Positions 47,666-62,800 of a DNA stretch of 64,000 nt are shown in pieces. The first letter of the stretch is position 1, and the number at the start of each line of letters is the position of its first letter. The stretch lies in NCBI GenBank assembly GCA_001662655.1, contig KV460206.1. One strand, 5' to 3'. The DNA comes from Pseudogymnoascus verrucosus. Lineage: Eukaryota. Both the position numbers and the translations under genes were made by a program. The notes beneath the pieces were generated by a model, which was given only the letters and a program-made list of their open reading frames with translations, ran no database searches and was not told the origin of the DNA.

Positions 47666-49063
47666 TCAGCACTTCTCTAAAGTCGTCGTCTCTGAAGTTC
47701 CAGCTTGCGAGACGCACAAATAAGATCCAAGAATTTCTAGGAGGTAACGTTGTCGGTATTGGAAATGTATTGGTCCTACCTCGCTGACACATGTCTGCGC
47801 GATTTTTAGAATATGAGGAATATATGAATTATCGGCCGTTAAAAGAAGCTCTGAATTGATTGTAATCTCTTCATTTGGAATACCAAAAAGCTCTGAGAGG
47901 TGCGTATCATCGAGGAGGCGAACACAGAAGTCCTCGAAGAGGTCGTTCATTATGATGAACTCGATGACGGAGGTGATCGACTGCGAATCTGAGACGAGTT
48001 TGTGGAGAGGCTCAGAAGGCGTTTCCTTCAGTATTCGTTGAACTGCTATGATGGATTCCAATTCTCTGAGTAGGGAGATTTTGCTTAATCCCAGCGTTCG
48101 TTGTTGAACCAACGGACGCTCGTAGGCTATCTTCTTTCGCCAGATATAGTTGCAGGAGATGGATGATATGATTACCGGAATCAAAATCACATAGCCCCAC
48201 CACATGGTCGCGGAAATAAGCGATGCCGCTCCTGCAGCGATGCCAGTCACCCCAACCATCGCAGTGTACATCTGGACGGTGAAGATGCGACGCTTCAGCA
48301 GGGCAGCCGCCATGTCCATATCTAGCGCCGTCGCTCCAGCAATGCCATGCTGACGGGCTTTCATCCAGACATAGCAAGACCATGACCCATTGAACAAGGC
48401 ATAGAGCGCCAGGGGAACGTTTCCGATGTATCCAGACATGAGATTGCTAGCATGCCACACACGACGATTTGCACCGCCGATCGCCAGGAATGTTCCAATG
48501 CCAATTATGATGCCTCCGACCCCCATGCAAACGTCCAAGCCAACGCGACTGATCGATTCCGTTCCTATTTCGCGAAAGCTGACGTTCAACCGTGCATCTA
48601 AACCCTGTATGATTTGCCCATCTTCAAGGTCGTGTGTTTTCTGCCTTTGTAGATCGCGTCGTTCTTCTCGGAGGTGAACCAGATTGCACCAGCCCAGCTT
48701 GGCATCTTTGAAGGCGAAATAGGAGAGGAAGAGCGCCAAGGTACCGCCAACCGCCATTAGTGCCACGACGAAATGCGGTACCGGAATGTCGTTCCATACA
48801 TTCGCGGCGAAGTCTCCAGCGTTGCCTAGCTCAAGAAATGCCACGCCTACGAGTAGACTGTTCTTGAGCTTTGATTGCTTTGCGGGAACATAATGGGCCT
48901 TGCGTCGAGTGAATGTGACGCTATCCGACGCCAGCGCGAGCCTAGACAACCCGAGATCGCTTTCTAGATATGTCTTTTCTGTCTTTTCTGTCTTTTCTGT
49001 CTTTTCCGTCTTTTCCAGCGTGCTTTTTGTCGATACGTTGATTGAGTCGTCTTCCGACTCCAT
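47666..49063 (-). CDS. Uncharacterised fungal integral membrane protein
   Basis: 465-aa intronless ORF with ~6 hydrophobic segments, FLELGNAGDFAANVWN and an N-terminal (EKT)n repeat. Confidence 0.7.
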   Translation of the reverse strand: MESEDDSINVSTKSTLEKTEKTEKTEKTEKTYLESDLGLSRLALASDSVTFTRRKAHYVPAKQSKLKNSLLVGVAFLELGNAGDFAANVWNDIPVPHFVVALMAVGGTLALFLSYFAFKDAKLGWCNLVHLREERRDLQRQKTHDLEDGQIIQGLDARLNVSFREIGTESISRVGLDVCMGVGGIIIGIGTFLAIGGANRRVWHASNLMSGYIGNVPLALYALFNGSWSCYVWMKARQHGIAGATALDMDMAAALLKRRIFTVQMYTAMVGVTGIAAGAASLISATMWWGYVILIPVIISSISCNYIWRKKIAYERPLVQQRTLGLSKISLLRELESIIAVQRILKETPSEPLHKLVSDSQSITSVIEFIIMNDLFEDFCVRLLDDTHLSELFGIPNEEITINSELLLTADNSYIPHILKIAQTCVSEVGPIHFQYRQRYLLEILGSYLCVSQAGTSETTTLEKC

Positions 49064-49751
49064 TATTCTAATTGTATTGTGTGGGGATCGGCTTGACGCG
49101 ACTTAATGGAGGTATTTCACCTGGCGGATTCGATGGTGGATTCAGGGGACCCCAATAACGTGGGAATTCGAAGTTGGAGAAAGGAAAGACCACCCTCAGA
49201 CCAAAAACAGACGGTGGCGTCAAGAGGGCGGTCGTGAAGAAGGAGGAAAGAATTAAGAACGCTGACAGATTCGGCATTGGCGGGGAATTGCGCGGCCTCT
49301 AAAAATAGATGCGGCTGAAAACGACTCCAGGGATTCTGTTGGAATAAATATTGTATAACTAGTCATAATAGTACTAGTTCGTCCAAATGCCAGCTAAACT
49401 TTACGAGAGTGCTACGGTCCGTACGAAGCCTTCGAACTGTCCAAAGACAAAAGTCTAGGCGTAGTACAGTTACTGTGGCTCTTGGAGGAACCCTTATCCC
49501 TCCGGCCCCTATATGCTCTCAGAGCAGTAGCGTGGCACGAGAGTAACCCTTCTGCCCCGCCCCCCTATATGCTCTTACAGCAATGACAAACACAGAAGTA
49601 GCCATCGTTTTTTCACGCTCTCCATACGCTTTCACGGCAGTAGCGGGGCATGAGAGTAACCCTTGCATCTCATCTCCCAACATGTAACAACAACGACGAT
49701 AATTTCTTACTTTTTTCCGCATTAACACGGAAGTTCGATAGGTTTAGATCT

Positions 49752-51720
49752 TTAGTTACAGTTGGTATAATCTACCAGTCCCTTGTCTGGAATCTGAGCC
49801 GTAGGCAAGCAGAAATCCACATTCTTCCCCTTTACATTCTTAAACACCATATTGTACTCGCGCTGTCGTTGTTGTCAGCAGATATTCTTAAGAAAGGAGT
49901 ACAGACATGAGACATACCTTGAGCACACTCTTGAACTCATCATAAATGCCCTCACTCCTCATGCGGTCACGGACAAGGTCCTGGACGCCGCCGAGCATTG
50001 CAACGACTGTCGTAATCTTACTATCCCACGACACGAAAGAGGAGACTAAGGTGCCGTCAATTCTCGAACCCTCTGTGCTACCATATTGGTCTATTTCCAG
50101 TCAGCCTTCCCCCATTCATCTCCCATCGAAATAATCATCAGACTCGTGCTAAGTACTTACTTTGTCCCTTTTTCGACCCCACCATGTTGTGCCACCAGGC
50201 CAAGCCTACTTTCTTGCTGAACAGCATCACCGGATACGAAGAGTAGGGAGTGATCATATAACTCTCTGTCACTTTTTGAGACGCCACACTCTGGACTCCC
50301 GTTGCAGAGATATACCCCTGGATCTCGCCAGTGACGGGGTCGGTTGCGTTGTTGACAGATGCGTACATTCCCGGAATCTTGTTGGCTGCAGAATGGCAGG
50401 TGCGGACAACCTCGCCGTTGCGATATACCTGCCTACAGAGCAATATAATCATTAGCGTCTCAACTTCTGAGTGGTAATGGCGGATAGACGGGGGACAGGA
50501 GGAATCGAGCTTACTTCACGATATCGACATCAAAGTATGGCATCTCGAGCACCTTCCAAGGCTCATGTGCACTAAACCAGTACCCTTGGAGCACAGTCAC
50601 AGGGCCCTTGCTACCTTCTTTCCAGTCGACACTCTTCATCTTCGCGCGCTTCACCTCCCATAGCTTCAACTTTTCGGCGCTTGAAAAGCCGCCAAAGAAA
50701 TGCAGCCACCACGTCACGAGCTCTCCTTCATAGGGATCATCGAGAATGTAAGTAGGGTTCTCGCAGATGTATGTCTGGTTGGGGTGAGAGACAGGCAGGG
50801 ATTGGTTGGCAATGGCGGTGGAAGCGCAGACGCGGCCGCCGCCGTTGTAAAACATCTAATAAAGTTAGGCAAGAGTTAAATACAGGATCGTTGACGAGGG
50901 AGATCATACAATTGGCAGCGTAGTCTTTGTGAAGTCGAGCCACTTCTGCCATTTGCGGGCGAGCTGCTGGAACGATTTTTCACTGCTCTTCTCCATTGCT
51001 TGGATGGCACCATAGACGGCCCAGAGCAATTCACTATTTTGTAATTAGTAACAGTCTTTACTATCTAATTCACCGAGGAAACAAAGTTGCACTCACCCAT
51101 TGTCAAGAGCCGGAATCCTGTTAACCCAGTCCCAAGTCGGTTCAATCGAGTCGCTGCCTTCGGCATTTGCATACCAAGGAAGAAGGCCTCCGAAACCTGG
51201 ATACGTCTCATTAAACTTAAGATACGTTTTTAGTTTCACCTCGAGAATATCAGCTGCAATCTTAGGTGCGGCGCTTGGCTTGTCTGGGGACAGGAAGCGT
51301 GCCGCGTCCGCGGAACCAGAGATAGCGTGCGCGTAGAGCATGAACTGGAGAGACTGTTGGTCTTATATCAGCGAAATGCCATGTTGAGAAGGAATTGAAG
51401 GGCTGTACCTCCTTGCTCGCAGCACTAAATGCATTTTTCTTGGTCGGTAATCCCGTGACCTGGTCGAGCAGCGTGCCGTCGAATGTCATACCGTTGTTGC
51501 CATTGTAACCGACATTATCGGCATGGAACTTACCCTCCCAATACAATAGGTCTTGGGCAAACGGCTCCGGGTTCTTGAGAATCGAGGCCTGGGTATAATC
51601 ATGCGCGAACCGACAATTGGGAGGGGACTTGGCGGACCTTGAGGCCGCGAAGGGTGTAGCTGAGGCGGACAGAATGAGGGGGAGCAGGAGTGCTGCATTG
51701 GAGAGAGTAGGGGGAAGCAT
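49752..51720 (-). CDS. Secreted endo-beta-1,2-glucanase, GH162 (7 exons)
   Basis: Signal peptide, then a spliced protein that follows the Talaromyces funiculosus GH162 enzyme as I recall it. Motifs: CRFAHDYT, WEGKFH, FSAASKESL, MLYAHAISGSADAARFLSP, YPGFGGLLPW, PTWDWVNRIPALDNGELLWAVY, DPYEGELVTWW, GYWFSAHEPWKVLEMPY, ITPYS, YGSTE and SWDSK, ending DYTNCN*. All six introns are GT-AG and in frame. Confidence 0.92.
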
Positions 51721-52343
51721 GATGGATTGGATGAGTAGAAGTGATAGTGAGGATAGGAGATGGGGGACTTATTCGCGCGCTGGACTTACTCCTTATACAA
51801 TTCTCAGAGTGAGTTCGGAAACAGTTTCCAACTAATTTTACAACTAGGTGACCTCTGTAGATCCCACCTCTTGGCTTTTACCAGCCATCTGGATCTGCAG
51901 CTTAGTTTCGTAATTCCGAGCACAGAATATGTAAGAATAAACGCAGAACAATGTCAGGCTAGTAACCAAACAATTAAAACCATCAAAACGTGGAGTAGTC
52001 CATGGGGAAAGACGCGGGAAGTTCCCCACCTCCATAATGTCAACCATGGCCGGATCCACTCCCACATTTTCTCCGCAGTACCCCACCTTCCTGTTTCACA
52101 GCAATTTTACCCCGATAGCGGGGTATTGCCCGAGCCGTGCTTTTCGCTTTGTCGGAGTAATAGACATATAAGGGGCCTATTTCCCCGACAGATCGAAAAA
52201 CAACGGCTCATAGTCCCCAGGCTTGTTTTACTATTATTTCTTAGCTGGCGATCACTCGGCCAAACTCATAGACGCCGCGGCTATACATCATCACACCACA
52301 ATAGGCCGAGAAGACATGACGGCATAAATGAATATCCCCAGCG

Positions 52344-54275
52344 ATGGAGAGATCATCGGAATCGACGCCGAGGAAACTATCCAAGTTGGCATGCACCAGA
52401 TGTCGTTTGCGCAAAGTTAAAGTTAGTCATTAAAAGTAATCCTCCGATGGTTTATTCTCACATAAGCAGTGTGATTATAGACAACTGGACACGGACACAA
52501 ACTCAATCACTGCTGCGATACCAACAGGGACATGTTCCAACTGTTTAGCTGCTGGCATTGAGTGCGCAGGGAGCTCTCAGCCCAGACGGCGGGGCCCGAA
52601 ACCGAGAAGCCGAGCGAGGGAAAACCCGTACTACAACGCTGATGCTGCGCCAAACAGTCCCACAACGCCAGGGCTCGACGATCACGATTATGGTGAATCT
52701 CAAGCTATAGAAGAAGATAACGACAACAGGCACACTTTGCCTGCTACTCACCTCTCACCCATCGCACAGGGCCCTGCCTCCTCACCCCACAGTTGGGTTG
52801 ATGGCACTGTCTCCTCATCGCGAACCGCTGTCCTGGGAGCCCACGTGCAGAGTCCACTCTCCCAAGTTGCGCTCCCGGCTTCATTGCCACCCCTATATGA
52901 CGTCTACCAAGACCTCGTGATCACCCTCTCACGCGTCCTGCCATCGTACTCCTTCGAGACCATTGCGAAGAAGTGTGTCGATCTCTTCTTCGAGTACCTC
53001 TTCTCCCTTATCCCTATTGTCGACGAGCGCAACCTGCGCAACGACCTCCATATCGTGTGTGCCACGTATGGTGCTGTGGATGTTTCCAGTCCAGTATCTT
53101 CCTGGTCTACCGCCGGCGCCTATGAGAGCAACCATGTTTCTACAGCTACCTTCCGCGACTTCACTACTCTCGCCATAAAATTGGCATTAGTGACCGCCAC
53201 CTGCGCTGAAGCTGCCTTTATGATCCCTTCGCAATTATTCCCCGAAGGACCCCTAATATCCTCGGCCTTCCTTCTCGTGTCGCGCAAGGCGCTGCATTTT
53301 TACCTAGAGAGCGACCTTGACCATCCTTCTGCGACCTCTCTCGCAACGCGCTATTTTCACTCGAACTGCCTACACGCTGACGGAAAATCTCGTGTCTCAT
53401 GGCATATATTTGGCGAAGCTGCGCGCCTTGCACAGACAATGCAGCTGCACTCTGAAGCTTCGTACCAAACTCTCGACCCCACGGAGGCCGAGCTCAGGAG
53501 ACGATGTTTCTGGATCCTGTACATTGGAGACAAATCGGCGGCGATTCTGAACGGGCTGCCTATTGCACTACACCATCTGAATTTTGTGTCCGAGGTCACC
53601 GTCGCCTATCCGACCGAAGTGGACAATCCAGTATTCGACCCCCAAGCCGAGGATTCGGAACCACGCAGCGTGCTAACGGGGTTTAATTTCAACCTCCGCC
53701 TCTGGGCTGCCGCCTCCGCGCTCCTTCTTGAGGTTCGCATGCGTGTGCAACCACGGAACGGCGCTATCATAGGCGTCGATGACCGCGCCACCATTAGTCG
53801 GCTGTACATTGATTTCATGACCATTCTGGACGCTCTCCCAGCGTGGCTGTCGCTCGAACCCAGCGCCAGCGAAGAGGCCGGAAGGTGCCCGAAGGAATTC
53901 TGCATCCAGCGCGTGAACTTGCGAATCTCTTTCCACTGCCTGCGCATGGTAGTGCTACAGAAGCTTGAGGTTGCAGGGCTGGGTATGGAGGCCTCGACAG
54001 CGCTTGCGCTCGCGCTGAGGGAGACGGAGATTGCGCGCGATATGGTGCGTGTAGTGCGGCAGGCCCCATTTTGGGCGTTGCAGGTTAACGGCGAGTCCTG
54101 CGTTGAGAAGATTCGCCTTATTGGGGCTACTTTGCTGGAGGCGATGCACATGCATAAAGAGTCCCCGCTAGCTACGAGGGCTAGGGCGGAGTTCTTGGTG
54201 TTGTTGGATGTGTTGGCGAGATTGGACAGTAGAGCGAGCGACGCTTTAAGGGATGGATCGTGGTCACAAGAATAA
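52344..54275 (+). CDS. Zn2Cys6 transcription factor, AmyR/MalR-like, with fungal-specific TF domain
   Basis: MERSSESTPRKLSKLACTRCRLRKVK|CD...CSNCLAAGIEC...RRRGPKPR with an intron at 52422-52469. It is in frame with the 512-aa ORF containing FFEYLFSLIPIV and EAELRRRCFWILYIGDKSAA. Confidence 0.9.
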
Positions 54276-54579
54276 GCGGCTTGATTGTATTATATAATGT
54301 AGAGCGTGGCGTTGGGGATCTAATGTATGAGTATCACGGCTAAGTTGTTTCGGAGTCCTTGTAGTACATAAATGAGAATTGCGGCAACTAGGCTGTCAAA
54401 TTTACCATTAAACTCCTTAACTAGATGTTATATAACATTCACATCATCTATCTCTTGATGCTTTATCCTATGCTTACATGTGCAAGTCTAATGCCTCCTT
54501 ATTCTAATATTCCGTGTCCCCAGATAATCTATAATCGAAGATTTTGCGCCCATGTGTGCGTCTGTTTCGCACTTTCAAC

Positions 54580-56234
<1,655 letters not shown>

Positions 56235-56562
56235 TCACAGGGTCCCAAAAGATGTAGTCGCAAGAAGACGGAACGAGAAGAGAGATTGAAATAAAATGCA
56301 AGGACTTGGTCCTCGGCATTTTCTTTGACGTAGGAAGCGCCGGATGCTTTATCGCCGATAACAAAAACATTACGCTTCGAGAATCCGGACATAGTGCCAA
56401 ATGGATATCAATGGCGACGTTGATCGTGAGATGATTGGGATGGATTGTGGAACAGGTAGAGGCGTGTGGGGTACAGGTCGGGGAAATAACCTTGCATAAT
56501 CATGTTTATCCTCTCGATTCTAGAAATAGCCTTACCTGATCACCGGCGAAACATGCCAAGCG

Positions 56563-56624
56563 AAATTTAACGGACAAATTCTACGGACAAACTTAACGGG
56601 CAAACTAAACGGGCAAACTAAACC
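56563..56624. repeat. Four-plus tandem 13-bp units, each with a CGG
   Basis: AAATTTAACGGAC AAATTCTACGGAC AAACTTAACGGGC AAACTAAACGGGC AAACTAAACC. Confidence 0.85.
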
Positions 56625-57196
56625 ATCAAAACTTTACTTGAACCTCAATCCATTCATTCATTATGGCTCATGGATCTCGGAGTTTTTAACTTTGAGCTCG
56701 TCCTTTCTCCACTCTACGGATCTAATAAATATTATACTGTAAATTAGAGAATACAGAGGCTTAGATGTCTCGGCAAAACGGCCTAAAGATTGGTTTTGGA
56801 GATCCGCAAGCTTCCTTCCCAAAGAACCCCACAACTCTAGTCCCCACGTTGGAATTTTCTATTTCCCCGAGATCATCACAACGCCTCGGGCAAACTACCC
56901 CTCATTTCCGCTTATTTGACCAAATTTTAGCTCTAGAATGGTGGGCCTTGTTTAGTTCCGCATACTCGGGGTGCATGATCACTGCGGAGAAGGACCCTCG
57001 ACCTAGGTTTGACACGAGGCCGAAAGAAAAACTGGGAACCGCCGCGTGCAGCATGATGTTCATCAACTCATTTAATAAACATAAGATCCTCGTCTTCGGC
57101 CGTCTGGATTCCTCAGTCATCGGCCCTTGACCAAGTTCAATTCTTCAGACACCGATTCTTTTGGCCATTTTGCTTCATCGCTTCACTTGACTTGTC

Positions 57197-59039
57197 ATGG
57201 CGCCAGCTGCTGCGCATACTGCTGATGCCATTAGGCCTCCTATTGACATCGACTCGATTCCGCCTTTTTATAAACGCAAGAATGGAATTCTTCTATATTT
57301 CCTCCTTACGTCGTCATTATTTTCGAGTATGGCACTTGGTATCGATGGAGTAGGCTTCTCCTGTCTGTTTCTAACTTATCAGAGCTAACACTTTGTGCAG
57401 TCAATGACAAATGGCATGCAAGTCCTACAGTAAGTCACTGATCACCAATGCTTTACATGTAATATAATGTACTAACAATTGCTAGGACGTGGCAGGATCG
57501 CTTTGGTCATCCAGAAGGCTCAGCACTCGGATTCTTTGGAGCCTCGACCGCTATCGGCGGCGTGATTCCTTTCATTTTTTTTAACTGGGTGTCTGTAAGT
57601 TATCTTCCAGGCTTGCATATACCCATACCTTCATGCTGACCTACTGGATAGGATGTCTATGGCAGAAGATGGCCAACATTCATCGGTGGCATAATCATCA
57701 TTGCTGGTGTCCTGGTTGAATTCTTTGCTACCTCTTTGGACATGTATATCGGCGGTAAGATTGTCGTCGGCGTTGGCTCATCATTCATCCAAATGGGTGC
57801 CCCAGGTATGCTTCTCCCTGCATCCATCCCAAACTCCCATCCCTAACTCCTTGCAGTCCTCGTCACCGAACTTTCCCACGTTAAAGAACGTGTCGGTGTT
57901 ACAACTTTTTACAACACTGGTATCGTGCTCGGATACGCAGTCGGTGCCTGGGTTACATTCGGCGCCTACCGCATTCCTAGCCAGTGGGCATGGCGTCTAC
58001 CAACACTGATCCAAGTCGTGCCGTCTGCTTATCAAGTCGCTCTCATCTGGTTCTGTCCCGAATCTCCGCGCTGGCTGATGGCCAAAGGCCGGCCCGATGA
58101 GGCGCGTAAGATCTTGATCAAGTATCATGGCGAAGGACAGGAGACCTCACCGCTTGTAGCATTTGAGATGGAGGAGATACAGCAGGCAATTACAGATGAT
58201 AAAGAGCGCAACATGACGTGGAGAGATTTTTTCAGCTCGAAAGGTATACGCCAATCTTTTACCTCTCTTCACATTCTCTTCCTGTTGCTGATCATAAATC
58301 TAACACCATTGCAGGAAACTGGAAACGCATTGCCCTCTGCATGTGCACTGCCGTCTTCTCCCAAACTGCCGGTAACAGTCTGGTTTCTAACTACCTGACC
58401 CAAATCCTCAAAGACACTGGGTTGAAGACCGAATTCGAGATCACTGTCGTCAACGCCTGCGTCACGATGTGGCAGTGGGTCGTCTCTATTGGCGTCACCG
58501 TCTTCATCAACCGCTGGGGCCGGCGCAAATTCTTCCTTACGGGCTCGGGCGGCTGCGTCATTGTCTTCATCGTCTGGACGATTGCATCCCAGCAGTACAT
58601 CGACAAGGGCAACCTTGCCTGCGGACGTCTCGTGCTCGCCTGTATCTTCTTCTTCCAGCTGTTCTACACGATCGCATGGACGAATCTTATCGTAACGTAC
58701 CCTCTAGAAATCTCGTCACTGCGCATGCGTGCCAAGACCTGGTCGCTGGTGCTCTTGACGATTCAGGTCTCTAGTATCTTCTCTGGATATGTCAACCCCA
58801 TTGGCTTGAAGAATATCAGCTGGAAGCTGTATATCTATTATGATATCTGGCTGGCGATAATCTTCTTGGTTGTGTACTTTTTCTTTGTCGAGACGGCGGG
58901 CCCGACGCTAGAGGAGTTGTCATATCTATTCGACGGAAAGGAGGCGCAAGAGAAGGCGACTCTGGAAATAAAGGAGAAAAATGAGTTAATAAACGAGGAG
59001 GGAACGGTGGCGATGGATGAAAAGGCAAAAGATGTTTGA
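57197..59039 (+). CDS. MFS sugar porter, LAC12/cellodextrin/oligosaccharide-transporter-like (5 introns)
   Basis: GIDG|SMTNGMQ, WQDRFGHPEGSALG, DVYGRR, VTELSHVKER, WAWRLPTLIQ, PESPRWL, FSQTAGNSLVSNYL, YPLEI..RAK and VETAGPTLEE. Confidence 0.9.
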
Positions 59040-59861
59040 GTGGGGAAATTTCGGGGGCTGTTTTAAATATTACGTGATTGGGCAATATAATCAATCAAAT
59101 AATGGAGGATCCGTTACATAAATTCAAAGGCCTTGACTAGTGTTTGGCAGATAGTATACTTACAACGTAAGGTAAGTACTTAAACCGCAAGTATACAGAG
59201 CGTGGGACCTACCCAGCTGCTTTTGATCTAGGGTTAGGTACCCAGCTTAATCGTTAGACGCAAAGGGGTTGTCTCACGCTGTCAAGATTCTGATATCATA
59301 TTCCTGAAATTATTCTACGTTGCTACTCCTAGCTGCTACACTTCGAGTGCTGAAAGTGATAATTCCATTCCAGCGTGTGAAACCCACCCAAACTCACCCG
59401 ATTCCCACGCAACTCTTTGATGAATTAGGAGGTCATATTTGGATTGCGCCGTCAAAACATCCATTCTGACCCAAACTCATACAGATATGGCACCCTGCAT
59501 GCACGAGAGGCATTTTCTGCCAATAGAACTAGTTATTAGTTCATACGAGTCCGGGTCATGGTTTTCGTTGCAAACCATGAACTAACAGTATGCTATTTTC
59601 GCGGGGTTGGAGTTGCAAATTCAAAATATAAATATCTATTAATAAAAACCCCTATACTCTATGAATGGACTGAATCTAGATGAGCAAATAAAGAAAATCT
59701 TGAGCCGTGGGCTCTCTGTGAATAAATCTAGTGTTGAAAAAGAAAGTCGACTTTAGTTGTTATTGTCGGGGAGGGAAGCTAAGATCAGATGACCAAGCGC
59801 GGCGCAAACGTCCCCTCTACCTTCTAGAACGTAACATCTTCCCTCATTCTCGCTGAGAAGT

Positions 59862-62800
59862 TCACTCCGTCTTCTTTTTGCCACCAAGCTTCGTCTTGGG
59901 TACTCTGGCAAGCCAGTAGATGAACAGCGCACCAGCAATGTTGAAAACAATGTACGAGAGGACGATACCGAAGTTCCTCCAGCGCTGGGAGTAGTAGATA
60001 TGAGAGCCGGCAAGGTATTTGTTGGTGTCCTCTATCGCACAGAACGAGCAAGTATCAGTAGCGCTAGGGTCTGTAAGATACCCACCCATTTCCTTGATGT
60101 ATCCCTTCATATACTCCCCGCAGGTCTTGCCAGCGACTGGAACGAAGTGGAGAAACTCATTGCTAGCACAAACCACTTTCGTATTTGCGACAGCGACTGA
60201 AATCATGGCTGAAGTTAAGTAGGTAAATGGTGAGACACGGTACATGAAGATCCAGAAACGCGGGAATGAGTCGGGGTTGGCGAGGATGCCACAGAATACC
60301 AAACAGAGCATAAAGAGTAGGTTAGCGACATTGCCTCCGCCCTCAGCAGTTTCGAACCCGGCGATGATCATGTCGGTAAATGTGCAGGTAAACATCAGAA
60401 AGGCCCATAGTAGGAGGAACATGAGAATACCGCGTTCGTGAGTTTGACCTGCTACCTCGGCATTTTTGTATAGGCCGATCGGGTAGTAGAAGCATAGGAA
60501 CATGATCAGCGACATTAGGGTATTCCAAGGGATCTCAACGATGATTTGAGAAAGCATGAAGGCCTTCCAAGAATATACCTTGGATGGACGCTCACGAACC
60601 TCGTAGAGAGAGCGCTGTACAACAAAGTATGGCATCGTTTGCTGGACGAGCTGGCCGAAGATAGTCAACAGGTTGAATACAGAAAAAGTCTGATTCTGTA
60701 GGCCCTGTATAGAATTCGGAGCATTGAAGAATGCGAAGCCAATAAACAGAGCGATGAGAGTGCACAGAGCAGCCTTAGAGTAGACATAGGAAGGTGTCCG
60801 CCAGTACTGCTGGAAGACACGGTGTGTAACTTCGTATAGCTGAACCGAAAATGGAGCTGCGAATTCTTGAAAACCAGCGTTTTCATGTTCATCGCCTGGC
60901 GTTGGGATATCTCTGGCGTGGCTTTTGAGTTGGCTGAGTTCGGCTTGGACGGCGTCAAATTCGGGGCTCTCTCGCCAGGCCTTATGCCAATCTACATCAG
61001 TGGCAGTAATAACAGATTCTAGCATCCACTCTGCGGGGTTTGCATCTGGTGGGCACAACGGAGCGCCATTGTGTTCAAAGTAGTCTGTCATAGTCTTCGA
61101 GTTCTTTCCAATATCTCCAAAGTAAACCGTCCTTCCGCCTTTGGCTAAGAAGAGCAAGCGATCAAATCGCTGAAACAGCATAGCCGATGGTTGATGGATT
61201 GTACATAAGATAGCCTGTCCGGACTTTGTAAGCTTCTCTAGGAGGTCGAGGATAGCCCATGATGTCTGGCTGTCAAGACCAGATGTGGGTTCATCGACAA
61301 AGAGCAACAAAGGTGGTTTAGCCGCGAGTTCGACGCCAATCGTTAAACGCTTTCGCTGTTCGACATTAAGACCTTCACCGAGAATACCAACGACGGCGTC
61401 GGCATATTCATCCATATCCAGGAGCTTAATAACTTCGTCGACATAAGCGAGTTTCTCTTTTCGTGGGACATGGGCCGGTTGGCGCAAGAGCGCACTGAAG
61501 TTCAATGCCTCTCTGACGGTAGTGGTTTCGAGATGCAGATCTTGTTGCTGAACGTATCCCGTATTTCTCTGGAATGAAGCGTCACGAAAATTGCCATTAA
61601 CAAGCATCTCGCCAGTAATAACTCCCATCGAGGTCCGATCAGCCAAGCAGTCAAGCAAAGTCGTTTTCCCAGCGCCAGAGACACCCATTAGTGCCGTAAG
61701 GGTTCCGGGTTTGACCCAGCCATCAACGTGGTCGAGGATACGGCGAGTCTCGCTCTTGATCTTCACATCGTAGCATACATTGCTAGAAGGGTTTTTGTTA
61801 GATCATGTCTGCTAGGCACATGTATTTTACTTACCTCCAATGGAAAACATTTGTCTGCTTCTGAATCAATGTGGACTCCTTGTCTGATGTATTGGCAGGG
61901 CGGCCGATCTTCGTAGCAATTACCGAGGTTCCAGATGAAGTCGGCGTTCCCGATTCGGAGTCACCTTTGCCATCCTTAAACTGGCTGGGTTTGTGCCCTC
62001 TGCGGAAGACGAGCACCTCACCCTTGGATTTCTTAGCAGTGACTATCTCGGTCATAAGCACATACAAGCCGTTGAAGAAGCTATGGCCGTTAGTGTTTGT
62101 ACATATGCATAGACACGGAGCAATGAAGACGTACATAAGAAACCCAATAAGAATTCCAACGTTCCGCCATTTATGACCTCTTTGGTACTGGAAGCTGGAG
62201 CCAATAAAGGATGTTCCCGACACATAGTCGCTTCCCGCAACAGAACCTACAGCTGAACATACTCGATTGGCCTGGGTGACGTTTTCATACCCAGCAACCA
62301 AAGCGCTCGGGACGTATGACGTGCACAAATAATCAACGCCATGGAACTAAAGCATTGTTAGCCTTCTGTCATGAACCGTAATACTATAGAAAAGCATGAT
62401 TAGCCCGTACCTCATTAATCATAAGAGCCTCGAAGCCATATGCCACAGGGTCAATGTAGTTCATCCATCTGCTCCAACCTAACATGTAGTCGATAGGAAT
62501 GGCGAATCCAGCGAACATGACCAGGCCCAGAATCAATACAGCCGCCGGTACCATGGCTTGCGATAGTGTTCGAGACGATGCAGCGATAGTCCGGAAAATT
62601 CCGGACATCGTAAGAACAGTCAGGTAAGAAACGAACAGAAAGAAGAAGAACGCCCCGGGTTCGCGTCGTAGGTTGGACATGAAGTCTAAGTTTGATGTTA
62701 ATATCCCATTTTTAAACGCGCGAGGAAGTGAGTTTTTAGATTGACCTCAACAAAAGGGTAGAAGGGGCCTCTGGGTGCTTTCCTCGGTTGGGGCAACTTA

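Noticed and set aside
51760..52548. 262-aa ORF spanning the GH162/TF promoter
   Set aside because: It has no recognisable domain, overlaps promoter motifs and runs through the TF first exon and intron in another frame.
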